DNA of 64,000 nt from Candidatus Bathyarchaeia archaeon. GTDB taxonomy: Archaea > Thermoproteota > Bathyarchaeia > Bathyarchaeales > Bathycorpusculaceae. Numbering within the stretch: position 1 is the first letter of the stretch; the number at the start of each line of letters is the position of its first letter. The notes beneath the pieces are model-generated. The model was given only the letters and a program-made list of their open reading frames with translations, was not told the DNA's origin and did not search any database. Location of the stretch: assembly GCA_049521795.1 (NCBI GenBank), contig JBEKOM010000001.1, positions 160,001-224,000 of the forward strand, read 5' to 3'. Below, piece after piece: positions 19,366 to 28,797 of the stretch. The translations under genes were made by a program, and so were the position numbers.

Positions 19366-20934
19366 TTATCCCTCTTCTTCAACAACACGAGCTTTCGGCT
19401 TTTTGCTGCCATTAGCCCGCGTCGATAGGTATACCGTGGTTATCAAGAATGCTGCCGTTATTGCCCCAAAGACGTACGTGAGGTTGTGAATGTTTTGCAC
19501 GCTTTGAGATTGATCCATCAAGCTGCTCTGTAAAGACGAGTTCAACGCCAGATAGCTGCTCTGCAGTTGGCTGAGGTTTTGCAGCAAGAGGTCAAAGCTG
19601 CTCAGCAGAGCCTTATACGTGGAGCTCATGTTGTCGATCTCAGCCTGCAGGCTCGCGTTATAGTTGCTCAAAAGAGCTTGGTATGTCGCGTTCAAGCTGT
19701 TAAAGTCTGTTTGAAGCTTAGTATACTCGCTAAGCAATTCGCTCTGCAACTGTAGTACTTCTGAAGAGATCACAGTAATGCTCTGATCCCCGTGCGGGTA
19801 GCTGAAGTACAAATAAGTAGTTGCGTTATCAGAAGCGCTCAACAAAGAGGTTGCAACCTCTCCTTCACGATCTACGACGATCAAGGGGTACTCCATCAGC
19901 GACACCGGAATCGTCATCCTACAGAAACCAGATGTACCGTCCTTCCCGACTGCACTGAAGCTGACCATCTTGTAGCCCGTTTCTCTGCCAACTTCAAACT
20001 TGAAATCAGGGATTGTGGAGTTGCTGATAACGGTTATCTGAAATTTCTCATAGTTGTACATTATGTCGTACTCGGAAAAAGTTCCCACCAAGGGATAGTT
20101 ATCCTGGTTATTCTCATCTATGGTATAGTTCTCGTCTCCAATCCCGTTTGTGCTCGGTCCTGTGAAATTGTAGTCAGCGAAGTAATTCCCTTCACCGTCA
20201 CGACTCCAAACATTTGTTGACGGACTATTTACTTGAATTGGGTTTGCGTCCAAAAAGTTGTTATGGTAAAAGAAGTTCCTGTTGCTGTCCGCAGAAAGAA
20301 AAACATCAACGACATTATCTGAAAACGTGTTACCAGAAAACAGGTTGCTGTAAAGGTAACCATTAAAGACGACTCCGATTGAGTTACTTGAAAGAATGTT
20401 ATTCGAAAACACGTTGCCGCTTGAACCAGAGATCATGATTCCATTGGAGTTATTGACGATAGCGTCGTTCGAAAAGGCGCCGTTGCTGGACAAGTCAAGA
20501 GTCAGGCCAGTGTTAGTGTTCGTGATCTCAGTGTCACTTATGACGACTCCAGTGCTTCGTGACACATGTATCCCGACGCCGGAATGGCCTAAGATGGTAT
20601 TGGTGATGGTCAAACTTTCAATGGTCACGTTTCCACTGCTTATTGAAATCGCGTAGTCGCCACCATTGCCATCAATAATCGTTGTCGTTCTGTTTTCTCC
20701 GACAATAGACAGACTCTTTTTGATTGTGAGATTTTCATGGTAGGTGCCGGTGGCCACCAAGATCGTGTCGCCTGAACTTGCATTGTCAATGGCTGCCTGG
20801 ATCGTTCCAGTGGTTGAAACGTGGATAACGCCCGGACTTGCATAAACATACACTCTACATCTAACAAAGGAAAACATGAAGAGCAAAAATAACCCAATTA
20901 GCACAATCGAAACGACTTTCTTCAAATCAATCAC
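19366..20934 (-). CDS. Secreted, membrane-anchored NosD/pectin-lyase-like beta-helix surface protein with coiled-coil stalk
   Basis: Signal peptide, TIQAAIDNASSGDTILVATGTYHE, Asn-rich beta-helix repeats, FYHNNF, GNYF..DNYPL, coiled coil, C-terminal TM. Confidence 0.85.
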   Translation of the reverse strand: MIDLKKVVSIVLIGLFLLFMFSFVRCRVYVYASPGVIHVSTTGTIQAAIDNASSGDTILVATGTYHENLTIKKSLSIVGENRTTTIIDGNGGDYAISISSGNVTIESLTITNTILGHSGVGIHVSRSTGVVISDTEITNTNTGLTLDLSSNGAFSNDAIVNNSNGIMISGSSGNVFSNNILSSNSIGVVFNGYLYSNLFSGNTFSDNVVDVFLSADSNRNFFYHNNFLDANPIQVNSPSTNVWSRDGEGNYFADYNFTGPSTNGIGDENYTIDENNQDNYPLVGTFSEYDIMYNYEKFQITVISNSTIPDFKFEVGRETGYKMVSFSAVGKDGTSGFCRMTIPVSLMEYPLIVVDREGEVATSLLSASDNATTYLYFSYPHGDQSITVISSEVLQLQSELLSEYTKLQTDFNSLNATYQALLSNYNASLQAEIDNMSSTYKALLSSFDLLLQNLSQLQSSYLALNSSLQSSLMDQSQSVQNIHNLTYVFGAITAAFLITTVYLSTRANGSKKPKARVVEEEG

Positions 20935-20985
20935 ACATTCTTTTCTAGTCCACAGAATTATTAAACGTTAAGGTAACATCCAAAA

Positions 20986-21687
20986 TCATCTACGAGCAAG
21001 CATTTCTCCCAGTATCAAGGAGCAAATGACAGATACACACAGACCGGAAACAAAAAGAACCGTATTGATGACAGGCTGTACGAGTGCCCACAAAACTGCA
21101 GAATAGGAGGCTATTACAAAGAACATTAGTGCGACAGCCCTGAAATATCCTCTTCTACCTCTCTCTTGCTGGACCGAAGCAGAGCGGAGTAGGTCTTGCA
21201 TCTGTCTTATCTGCTCGTCAGTCGCCAGGACAACAAGGTTCTTGTCACTGTCTTGAAACTTGAAGCTTGAAAGCGCGTATCTCTGGAGTTGCCAAGGATT
21301 TCTCTTTGGCAAGATTCTGACAATGTGACTCTTCTCCATCTTCTTCAGTATCGTCTGAATCTTACGGACAAACTGGAGGTCAACCGTCTTTTCTTCTCCA
21401 TACAACCTTCTTATCAGGTCTTTGACGTCCGGAAACGTCAATTCCAACTGGAAGGACGCGATTGCCTTGACAAGATTGAACTGATATTCACCTTCTCGCA
21501 AACGCAAATTGCCAGTAACGCAGTCTGCACTCGCGGTTTCTTTAAGAAATTTTATCTCACTTGGCAACAAACGGTGCTCAGACACTGTTTTCCCTGAATC
21601 AATAGTTTCAATTGACCTATATAATAAATACTTCGTGCAGGAAATGTGCGAATTCAACTCTTTCAACTCATCTGTCTCCATTTTCAA
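20986..21687 (-). CDS. Hypothetical winged-helix protein with two C-terminal TM helices
   Basis: PDVKDLIRRLY...VRKIQTILKKMEKSHIVRILP..WQLQRYAL resembles a wHTH; two hydrophobic segments at the C-terminus. Confidence 0.6.
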   Translation of the reverse strand: MKMETDELKELNSHISCTKYLLYRSIETIDSGKTVSEHRLLPSEIKFLKETASADCVTGNLRLREGEYQFNLVKAIASFQLELTFPDVKDLIRRLYGEEKTVDLQFVRKIQTILKKMEKSHIVRILPKRNPWQLQRYALSSFKFQDSDKNLVVLATDEQIRQMQDLLRSASVQQERGRRGYFRAVALMFFVIASYSAVLWALVQPVINTVLFVSGLCVSVICSLILGEMLARR

Positions 21688-21735
21688 TAGCGTCTACAGA
21701 AAAATCCCTTAAGTGATTAAAACGAGTGTTAACAA

Positions 21736-22143
21736 ATGGGAGTGTTATATATGGAGAATTATGTCATTGACCGCAATTTGTCCTATTTACCTTTGCAAAA
21801 TAGATACCGTCTGTGCGGTTTCCCTCTGGGCAAGAAGTACAGAAGCCACTTCGAAATCATAGCTTTGATGGTTGAAGCTGTCAAGGATGGAGGACAGACG
21901 AGATTCTCCATAATGAAGCGCGCAGGCATCAACTGCGGCCAACTCAAGAGATTTCTTAGGTCTCTCATTGAGATGGGCTTCATCCAAGAATATGTGAAAG
22001 ATGGCAAGGTCGTGTTCAGAGCAAGTGAGAGAGGGCTTGGCTTTCTAAGGCAGTATTACGTGTTGCTGACCATGGTTTTGGCCGCTGAGAATGGAACTAG
22101 ACGGTCGACTATGGTGTATGAACCGCAACTGAGGCAGAGATGA
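21736..22143 (+). CDS. Small winged-helix regulator (HTH_45-like); true start may be downstream
   Basis: YRSHFEIIALMVEA...TRFSIMKRAGIN..QLKRFLRSLIEMGFI...FRASERG. Confidence 0.8.
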   Translation: MGVLYMENYVIDRNLSYLPLQNRYRLCGFPLGKKYRSHFEIIALMVEAVKDGGQTRFSIMKRAGINCGQLKRFLRSLIEMGFIQEYVKDGKVVFRASERGLGFLRQYYVLLTMVLAAENGTRRSTMVYEPQLRQR

Positions 22144-22327
22144 AGCTCTGGAAATGCCCTAATATCCTGCTAGACTCGAAACAGAATTCTCTTTTCCCAC
22201 ATTGACTGCAACGTAGTTCTGATCCACTGCTACCAAGAGCAGTTCATTGGCTCAATCTCTTTTGCAGGGAAGGAACGATGTTTTATAAATCAAGAACCAG
22301 ATAGACTTCAAACAAGAAGGCCTAGCA

Positions 22328-23404
22328 GTGACCCGAAAACTCACCTACTCCGACTCTGGAGTTGACAGAGACTTAAGAGCTGAGTCAAAAAAAGCGTTAC
22401 ACATATTGAAGCAGACTTACGAACATAGCCGATACGGTAAAGTTGTCGAGCTTCCATACGGAAACATTTTTCCATTTCACGACCGTTATCTGGACCTGAC
22501 TATTGAAGGAGTCGGGACAAAAGTGCTCATTGCCCAGCTAGCAGACAAATACGATACCATTGGAATTGACGGCGTGGCAATGGCAGTCAATGACGTCATA
22601 CGTTCTGGCGCGAGACCAATCGCAATCGCAGATAACATCCACGCACAGGTTTCCGACCCTTCTCTTGTCAAAGAATGGATGAGAGGCATTTCAAGAGCGG
22701 CAGCCGAGTCAGAATGCATCGTTCCCAGCGGCGAGATTGGCGACGTAGCCGATCTGATAAATGGTCTCCGGTCAGGCAAGGGGTTCGACATGATTTTCGC
22801 GGCAGTAGGTGAAGTCGCTAAAGAAGATGTGATTTCAGGAAGAAACATAGGCCCTGGGGACCCAATAATAGGCTTGAAGAGTTCAGGGCTTCACAGCAAC
22901 GGCATATCTCTCGCCAGAAAAGTTCTTTTCAGGCAATGGGGCGGGAAGTACGAGGCGGACGCTGTTCCTGACGGGTTTGAACAAGAGCTAGTCCGTGAAG
23001 TCTTGGAACCGACCAGAATATACGTCAAGCCATTTCTCAGACTGACAAAAAAACTTGAAGTCAAGGCTGCAGTGCACATCACTGGCGACGCATACCTCAA
23101 GTTTGGCCGCCTTGCAAAGCCTTCCCAAGCCATAGGCTTCGAATTTGACAACATCAAACAGCAGCCAATCTTCGACTTGGTCCAAAAAACCGCAAGCGAA
23201 CTGAAAAGCCCGATAACGGACAAGGAGATGTTCAAAACATTCAACATGGGGTGGGGATTCGCAGCCATAGTGGAAAAAGCCGAAGCAGACAAGGCCTTAG
23301 ACACTTTGAACAAAGCAGGAGTAGAATCAGAACAGATAGGCCACGTAACGAGCTCCAGAGGAATCAGAGTCCTGCACAAGGGTAAGAAAATCATTTTGGA
23401 TTAG
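22328..23404 (+). CDS. purM: Phosphoribosylformylglycinamidine cyclo-ligase (AIR synthetase)
   Basis: TYSDSGVD, EGVGTK, GIDGVAMAVND, SSGLHSNGISLARK, LEPTRIY, HITG, TFNMGWG. Confidence 0.95.
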   Translation: MTRKLTYSDSGVDRDLRAESKKALHILKQTYEHSRYGKVVELPYGNIFPFHDRYLDLTIEGVGTKVLIAQLADKYDTIGIDGVAMAVNDVIRSGARPIAIADNIHAQVSDPSLVKEWMRGISRAAAESECIVPSGEIGDVADLINGLRSGKGFDMIFAAVGEVAKEDVISGRNIGPGDPIIGLKSSGLHSNGISLARKVLFRQWGGKYEADAVPDGFEQELVREVLEPTRIYVKPFLRLTKKLEVKAAVHITGDAYLKFGRLAKPSQAIGFEFDNIKQQPIFDLVQKTASELKSPITDKEMFKTFNMGWGFAAIVEKAEADKALDTLNKAGVESEQIGHVTSSRGIRVLHKGKKIILD

Positions 23405-23461
23405 CAGTTTGCTCTGAGGGTGGCAAAAGCGTTTAAATCCATTTCGGTCCAAGCCTAGCCT

Positions 23462-23713
23462 ATGAAATACTGCCTGAGAATCGAGGTGAGCTTGAAGCCT
23501 GGGCACAGCGACCCTGAAGGCGAGACGACCGCACAGTTATTGAAAGAGCTTGGCTATGAAATTGAAGCTGCAAATGTCAGCAAAGTCTACACCGTAACTC
23601 TTGAAGCTGGGTCAAAGAAGGAAGCTAAAACGAAAGCTGAAGAGATGTGCAAGAGGCTTCTGGCAAATCCAACGAAGGATAATTACTCGGTCAAAATTGA
23701 GGAAAAGCGATGA
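23462..23713 (+). CDS. purS: FGAM synthase subunit PurS
   Basis: LKPGHSDPEG...EMCKRLLANP. Confidence 0.95.
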   Translation: MKYCLRIEVSLKPGHSDPEGETTAQLLKELGYEIEAANVSKVYTVTLEAGSKKEAKTKAEEMCKRLLANPTKDNYSVKIEEKR

Positions 23714-26091
23714 CTGCAAGCCTCTACATCCGCAGAGAAACCCCTTTTCCCCTCTTTGAAATCAATCTTCACGACGCAACAAACGAGCAGCTTGTTGAGA
23801 TAAGCCGTGAACTCGGCATCGGCCTGAACCTGGAAGAAATGAATCTTGCCAAACAGTATTTCGCCAAAAAAAGAGGGAATCCGACTGATGTGGAACTTCA
23901 GACAATAGGCCAGACGTGGTCAGAGCACTGTTTCCACAAGACTTTCAAGGGTAAGATAAGATTCGGCGGGAAGGAAATCGACAGCCTGTTCAAAAAGTAC
24001 ATCGGCAAAGTTGTAGAGAAAATCAACCCATCCTGGTGCTTCTCTGTTTTTGAAGATAATGCTGGTATAGTCGATTTCGACAAGGGCTACGGAGTGGCAA
24101 TCAAGGTTGAAACGCACAATCACCCATCTGCGGTAGAGCCCTTCGGAGGGGCAGCAACCGGAACAGGCGGCGTCATCCGGGACATTCTAGGCGTTTGGGC
24201 GGACCCGATCGCGTGCACCGATGTTTTGGGATTTGGACCGCTGGATTTTGATTATGCGAAACTCCCAGCCGGGGTTAAACATCCGAAATACGTGTACATG
24301 GGCGTCGTCGCTGGCATAGGAAGCTACGGTAACAATATGGGAATTCCAACGGTCAACGGCGCCATATACTTCGATGAAAGCTACGTTGGGAATGTTGTGG
24401 TCTACTGCGGATGCATTGGGCTCCTTCCACTCAACAAGTTTAGGAAAGACGCAAAAGCGAATGAAGTCATCGTTTTGGCCGGCGGAAAAACTGGCCGGGA
24501 CGGCATACACGGCGTTACCTTCGCCTCTGCCGAACTGACGGAAAAATCAGAGGAGATTTCTCGCCCAGCAGTTCAGATAGCCAACCCGATCGAGGAGGAA
24601 AAGCTCAAGAGGGCAATAATCAAAATTCGAGACCTCGAGTTGGCATCCGCGATCACAGACTTAGGCGGTGGTGGTCTATCCTCTGCCGTGGGCGAAACCG
24701 CGAAAAAGTTTAACTGCGGCGCAGCGGTGGAGCTTGGAAAAGTTCCTCTGAAACATGTGGACCTAGCCCCATGGGAAATCTACGTCTCAGAATCTCAAGA
24801 AAGAATGCTCCTAACAACGCCGCCTGAAAACCTGGACCGTTTGTTAGCTGTCTTTGAAGATGAAGACGTTGAAGCCACGGCTATCGGAAAGCTGACCTCA
24901 AACAAGACACTGCGACTAAGTTTTCACGGCCTAGAAGTTGCAGAAATGGACATCGCATTCCTGTTTGAGCCCCCTAGAATGACTAAGACGGCAAAATACA
25001 GAGTAGCAGACTTGGAAGAGCCGGAAATTGCCACACGAGAAGACCTCGCAGAAACGGTTTTGCAGCTTCTTTCTTCGCCCAACATTGCGAGCAAAGAGAG
25101 TGTCGTGCGAACGTACGATCATGAAGTGAAAGGGAACACGGTGCTGAAGCCGTTGCAGGGCAGGAACGGCGGTCCCAACGACGCTGCCGTGTTGAAACCT
25201 TTGGATGAATGCTGGAAGGGTGTAGCAATCTCGTGCGGCATGAACCCTAACTACGGAAAAATAGACACTTACTGGATGGCTGCTTCTGTCATAGATGAAG
25301 CGGTGCGAAACAACGTGGCTGTGGGCGGAAGACGAATAGCCCTTCTTGACAACTTTACATGGGGCAATCCTGAACGGCCAGAGAGGCTTGGAAGCTTGGT
25401 CAGAGCGTGCGAGGCATGTTATGACTTCGCATTTGGATACGGCACGCCGTTCATCTCGGGGAAGGACAGCCTGTACAACGAGTCACCCTTGGGCCCAGTG
25501 ACTCCGACGCTGTTGATAACGGCGCTAGGCATAGTTCCTGATGTTCGTTCCGCAGTGTCTGTGGACGTCAAGGCCCCAGGCGATTTGATCTACATCGTTG
25601 GAGGAACCTTCAAAGAGCTCGGCGGTTCAGAATACTACAGAATGAACGGCGCTCTCGGAAGAACCGTGCCCAAAGTGCGGAGGAACCAGGCTAAGAAGAC
25701 CTTTGACGCAGTGACCGAGGCGATTGATTCTGGACTGGTCAGAGCATGTCACGACCTTTCTGAAGGAGGTTTAGCTGTCAGCGCAGCGGAATTGGCTTTT
25801 GCAGGTGGGTACGGGATCGTGCTGGATCTGAGGAAGGTTCCTTCGCAGAAGTTGAACCGTGACGATTTTCTGCTGTTCTCGGAGTCGAACAGTCGTTTCC
25901 TCGTAGAAGTCTCTGCAGAGGCGAAGGAACGCTTTGAGACCATAATGCGAGGCAGGGTTTTTGCAGAGATTGGCAGCGTTACAAAGTCTCCCAAACTGTG
26001 TATCACAGGGTTAGCGGGCGAGGTCGTCGTGGACGTTTTGCTCAACGATCTGGCGGCGAGTTGGAAGCGAACGCTCAGCAAGAGGGTTTAG
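23710..26091 (+). CDS. purL: FGAM synthase subunit PurL
   Basis: QTWSEHCFHK, KVETHNHPSAVEPFGGAATG, TGRDGIHG, SESQERM, FISGKDSLYN, HDLSEGG. Confidence 0.97.
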   Translation: MTASLYIRRETPFPLFEINLHDATNEQLVEISRELGIGLNLEEMNLAKQYFAKKRGNPTDVELQTIGQTWSEHCFHKTFKGKIRFGGKEIDSLFKKYIGKVVEKINPSWCFSVFEDNAGIVDFDKGYGVAIKVETHNHPSAVEPFGGAATGTGGVIRDILGVWADPIACTDVLGFGPLDFDYAKLPAGVKHPKYVYMGVVAGIGSYGNNMGIPTVNGAIYFDESYVGNVVVYCGCIGLLPLNKFRKDAKANEVIVLAGGKTGRDGIHGVTFASAELTEKSEEISRPAVQIANPIEEEKLKRAIIKIRDLELASAITDLGGGGLSSAVGETAKKFNCGAAVELGKVPLKHVDLAPWEIYVSESQERMLLTTPPENLDRLLAVFEDEDVEATAIGKLTSNKTLRLSFHGLEVAEMDIAFLFEPPRMTKTAKYRVADLEEPEIATREDLAETVLQLLSSPNIASKESVVRTYDHEVKGNTVLKPLQGRNGGPNDAAVLKPLDECWKGVAISCGMNPNYGKIDTYWMAASVIDEAVRNNVAVGGRRIALLDNFTWGNPERPERLGSLVRACEACYDFAFGYGTPFISGKDSLYNESPLGPVTPTLLITALGIVPDVRSAVSVDVKAPGDLIYIVGGTFKELGGSEYYRMNGALGRTVPKVRRNQAKKTFDAVTEAIDSGLVRACHDLSEGGLAVSAAELAFAGGYGIVLDLRKVPSQKLNRDDFLLFSESNSRFLVEVSAEAKERFETIMRGRVFAEIGSVTKSPKLCITGLAGEVVVDVLLNDLAASWKRTLSKRV

Positions 26092-26094
26092 GCT

Positions 26095-26913
26095 GTGAAG
26101 CGAGAAGAGATCAGGATCTGTGTCTCGCGAGTAGGCGGAACGAACTGTGATGCTGAGACGAAACGGGCGTTCGAGGCGCTGGGCGTTCAAGCTGAAGTTG
26201 TGCATGCGAACGAGATGGTGAAGCGGCGAAGCATGTTGGACTATGATGCGCTGGTTTTTCCAGGCGGTTTCGCTTACGGCGACTATGTTAGAGCTGGAGC
26301 CATATGGGCGAAGTGGATAATGTCCAAGTTGGGCAAAGAGTTAAAAGTCTTTGTGGACGAAAACCGTCCGATCCTCGGCATCTGCAACGGGTTTCAGGTG
26401 CTCGTTGAGGCAGGGTTGCTTCCGGCTTTTGAAGGAATCAGCCTATATCCTGAGGCAGCGTTGGCCACTAATCTTCCGCCGGGGTACAACTGCAGATGGG
26501 TCAGCGTTAAGCATGAGAGCAGAGGAAAGTGCGTGTTCACGTCAAAGATTCCCCGCGGAAAGGTACTCCGCGTACCAGTCGCGCACAGTGAGGGCAGGTT
26601 CATGTTTGCAAGAGAAAAAGAGAGGCAGTGCTTGGAGAGGCTTTACGAGAACGATCAGCTTGTCTTTCGCTACTGCAACAGCAGCGGCGAGTACGCAGAA
26701 GGTGCTTATCCGACAAACCCAAACGGCTCGTTTCATGACATAGTGGGCGTTTGCAACCCTGAGGGAACAGTGTTCGGCCTAATGCCGCATCCTGAAAGAG
26801 CCTTCTACTGGTGGCAGCAGCCAGACTGGACCAGACAGAAACAGACATCCGAGTACGGAGACGGAAAACTGATCTTCGAGAGCCTGATAAGCCATTTGGA
26901 AAGAAAAGGTTAA
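26095..26913 (+). CDS. purQ: FGAM synthase glutaminase subunit PurQ
   Basis: GTNCD, PGGFAYGDY, LGICNGFQ, AHSEG, NPNGS, MPHPER. Confidence 0.97.
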   Translation: MKREEIRICVSRVGGTNCDAETKRAFEALGVQAEVVHANEMVKRRSMLDYDALVFPGGFAYGDYVRAGAIWAKWIMSKLGKELKVFVDENRPILGICNGFQVLVEAGLLPAFEGISLYPEAALATNLPPGYNCRWVSVKHESRGKCVFTSKIPRGKVLRVPVAHSEGRFMFAREKERQCLERLYENDQLVFRYCNSSGEYAEGAYPTNPNGSFHDIVGVCNPEGTVFGLMPHPERAFYWWQQPDWTRQKQTSEYGDGKLIFESLISHLERKG

Positions 26914-27048
26914 GACGCAGAACAAGACTGTTCGAAGTCGAGCACATACCCGAAAGCTTGGCAGAGGGTCTGGCAGGGTAGTAACTTTTCAATGTTCTGG
27001 AAGCGCTGGTGGCTAGCCTCTAAATTCGCCAAAAATTCGAAACTGAAA

Positions 27049-27101
27049 GCATATACAAAAAGCATATACATTTTGCATATACACTCAACATGCATTGTTG
27101 A
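27049..27101. repeat. Three GCATATACA direct repeats (13-nt period) followed by the palindrome TCAACA-N5-TGTTGA
   Basis: Copies at 27049-27057, 27062-27070 and 27075-27083; inverted repeat at 27085-27101. Confidence 0.8.
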
Positions 27102-27309
27102 AAACGGTGAGGCTGTTCAGACGGGCTGTGGAGCCGTGCCGGCTGTTCAAGAACGCACGTATAACAAGGAGACAAGACAACGCGCTAACTGTGAGCCCGA
27201 TTTCAAGTCTGACGCGTGCGTCTTGAGGTTTTCAGGTTTTCAGGGAGAACATGTTTAAGAATCCGGGTGGAAACAGAATCCCTGCGGGACCTTTGACCTG
27301 AAAGAGGGC

Positions 27310-28218
27310 ATGCAGATGGTATTCTTTTTCAAAGAGAAGTCTGTCTTGTGCCTCTTGCTATTAGCAGTCCTGCTTGTTGCTTGTGCCTCGTCAGCGGGGA
27401 CGTCGGCGCTGGTTCAGTCGTCCAATTCTATTCAGCTTGAAGAGTTTAGGTGGACCTGGACCAGATTTCCTCTGAGGGTTCTTGTTGAAATGAACCAGTG
27501 GAGTGTGCTAGACTACGCTGTTGCTGTCCGCGAAGCTTTGGACGATTGGATGAAAGGCATATGGAACTACACTCAAACGTTTAACGACACTTCGCTGCCG
27601 GCGGTGAGCTATGTTTTCTACGTTAGCAGCGTCAACGCGACGCAGGATTACGACGTGCTCGTGACGTTTACTCCAGACAGGATGCCGCCGGGTTCCAGCG
27701 TCGTCGGCCTGACGACTTATAATTATGAGCCGGCAACGCACGAGCCGATTCCCCCAATAACTATTAACGTTACAACCAGCTCCGCAAACGCGAACAGCCT
27801 GTTCGTGAAGGACGTTGTGATGCATGAGTTTGGACATGCGCTCGGTCTGGGGCATGCCGCTTCATCCAGCACGTTGAACGGGCCGGAGCTGATGTATTAC
27901 ACTTCGTCAAAGAACGAGGTTGTTTATCCTTCAACACTTGACGTTTACGGGCTCACGGAGCTCTACAGAGGAGTCTTCAGCCAGAGCGTTCAGCTACCGG
28001 TCGACGTGCCCTACGTGATGTTGACCGAAGGCACCGTTTCCCCTCCTACGGTTATTCCTCCAGCACTCAGTCTGTGGGAAGACTACAAACCATACTTGCC
28101 CATCATAGTTGTGCTTCTTTTGCTCATCGTCGTCGCCGTCGTCCTAGCACGGATCGGGAGAGAAAAGAGTCCTGAAGAACCGCCTCAGCCGCTTCCTCCG
28201 CCGCCACCAACTGTCTAG
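27310..28218 (+). CDS. Membrane-anchored matrixin/metzincin metalloprotease
   Basis: Signal peptide, HEFGHALGLGH, Met-turn (ELMYY), C-terminal TM and Pro-rich tail. Confidence 0.88.
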   Translation: MQMVFFFKEKSVLCLLLLAVLLVACASSAGTSALVQSSNSIQLEEFRWTWTRFPLRVLVEMNQWSVLDYAVAVREALDDWMKGIWNYTQTFNDTSLPAVSYVFYVSSVNATQDYDVLVTFTPDRMPPGSSVVGLTTYNYEPATHEPIPPITINVTTSSANANSLFVKDVVMHEFGHALGLGHAASSSTLNGPELMYYTSSKNEVVYPSTLDVYGLTELYRGVFSQSVQLPVDVPYVMLTEGTVSPPTVIPPALSLWEDYKPYLPIIVVLLLLIVVAVVLARIGREKSPEEPPQPLPPPPPTV

Positions 28219-28291
28219 ACAATGCTCAAAAGTGCATCGGGTCTTCCCGACGGTACGTAACCATAAGCACTACGGCTTGTGTTTTCATGTT

Positions 28292-28786
28292 TCAATTCTC
28301 AGTTGGAGCGCGCGCTTCAGCATGCAATTCTTGTCCTGGCGTTTCCGTCTGTTCTTCAGTGGGGATCTTATCCCTGTTCCTAAGCAAGTAAAAGACTAAG
28401 AGAACTTCCACAACGATGTTGCCCGCCACGAAAACCACCTCAGGCAGCGTGCCTGTGCCCAGCTGGACTGAGAAGATGTAGAAGATAAGAAGACCCAGCA
28501 GGGTCCAAACGAAAATGAAGTCTTTGGCTAAACTTCGTGCCGTTGCTTTCCATTGAGTTTTATACGTGCGCGCTTTGACTGAATGTTCATCATTCATCGC
28601 GCGTTTGCTTTCTTCCCATGTATCCTCTTTGCGCTTAGCTCTGCTGCTCCCATAGAGGTAAAAGCCGGCTACTATTAGAAAAGCAATGCTCCAGGAAATG
28701 CTGATGGCCCACCAAGCAAAAAGGTCAATAGTCGGCACAAATTTCGGCGCGCGCACCCACCAAGCGAAAAAGCCAACAGTCAGCAC
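28292..28786 (-). CDS. Hypothetical membrane protein directly downstream of mgtA
   Basis: GTG start at 28786 after an AAGGAGG RBS; about 3 TM segments. The longer track ORF overlaps mgtA. Confidence 0.6.
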   Translation of the reverse strand: MLTVGFFAWWVRAPKFVPTIDLFAWWAISISWSIAFLIVAGFYLYGSSRAKRKEDTWEESKRAMNDEHSVKARTYKTQWKATARSLAKDFIFVWTLLGLLIFYIFSVQLGTGTLPEVVFVAGNIVVEVLLVFYLLRNRDKIPTEEQTETPGQELHAEARAPTEN

Positions 28787-28797
28787 AATTTCCTCCT

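Noticed and set aside
19199-22300. tRNA-Gly as the attachment site of an integrated element
   Set aside because: No integrase and no duplicated tRNA 3' end were seen, and the accessory genes lie on the 5' side of the tRNA.
27049-27083. Short repeats as a mini-CRISPR
   Set aside because: The 9-nt repeats and 4-nt spacers are far too short, and there are no cas genes.
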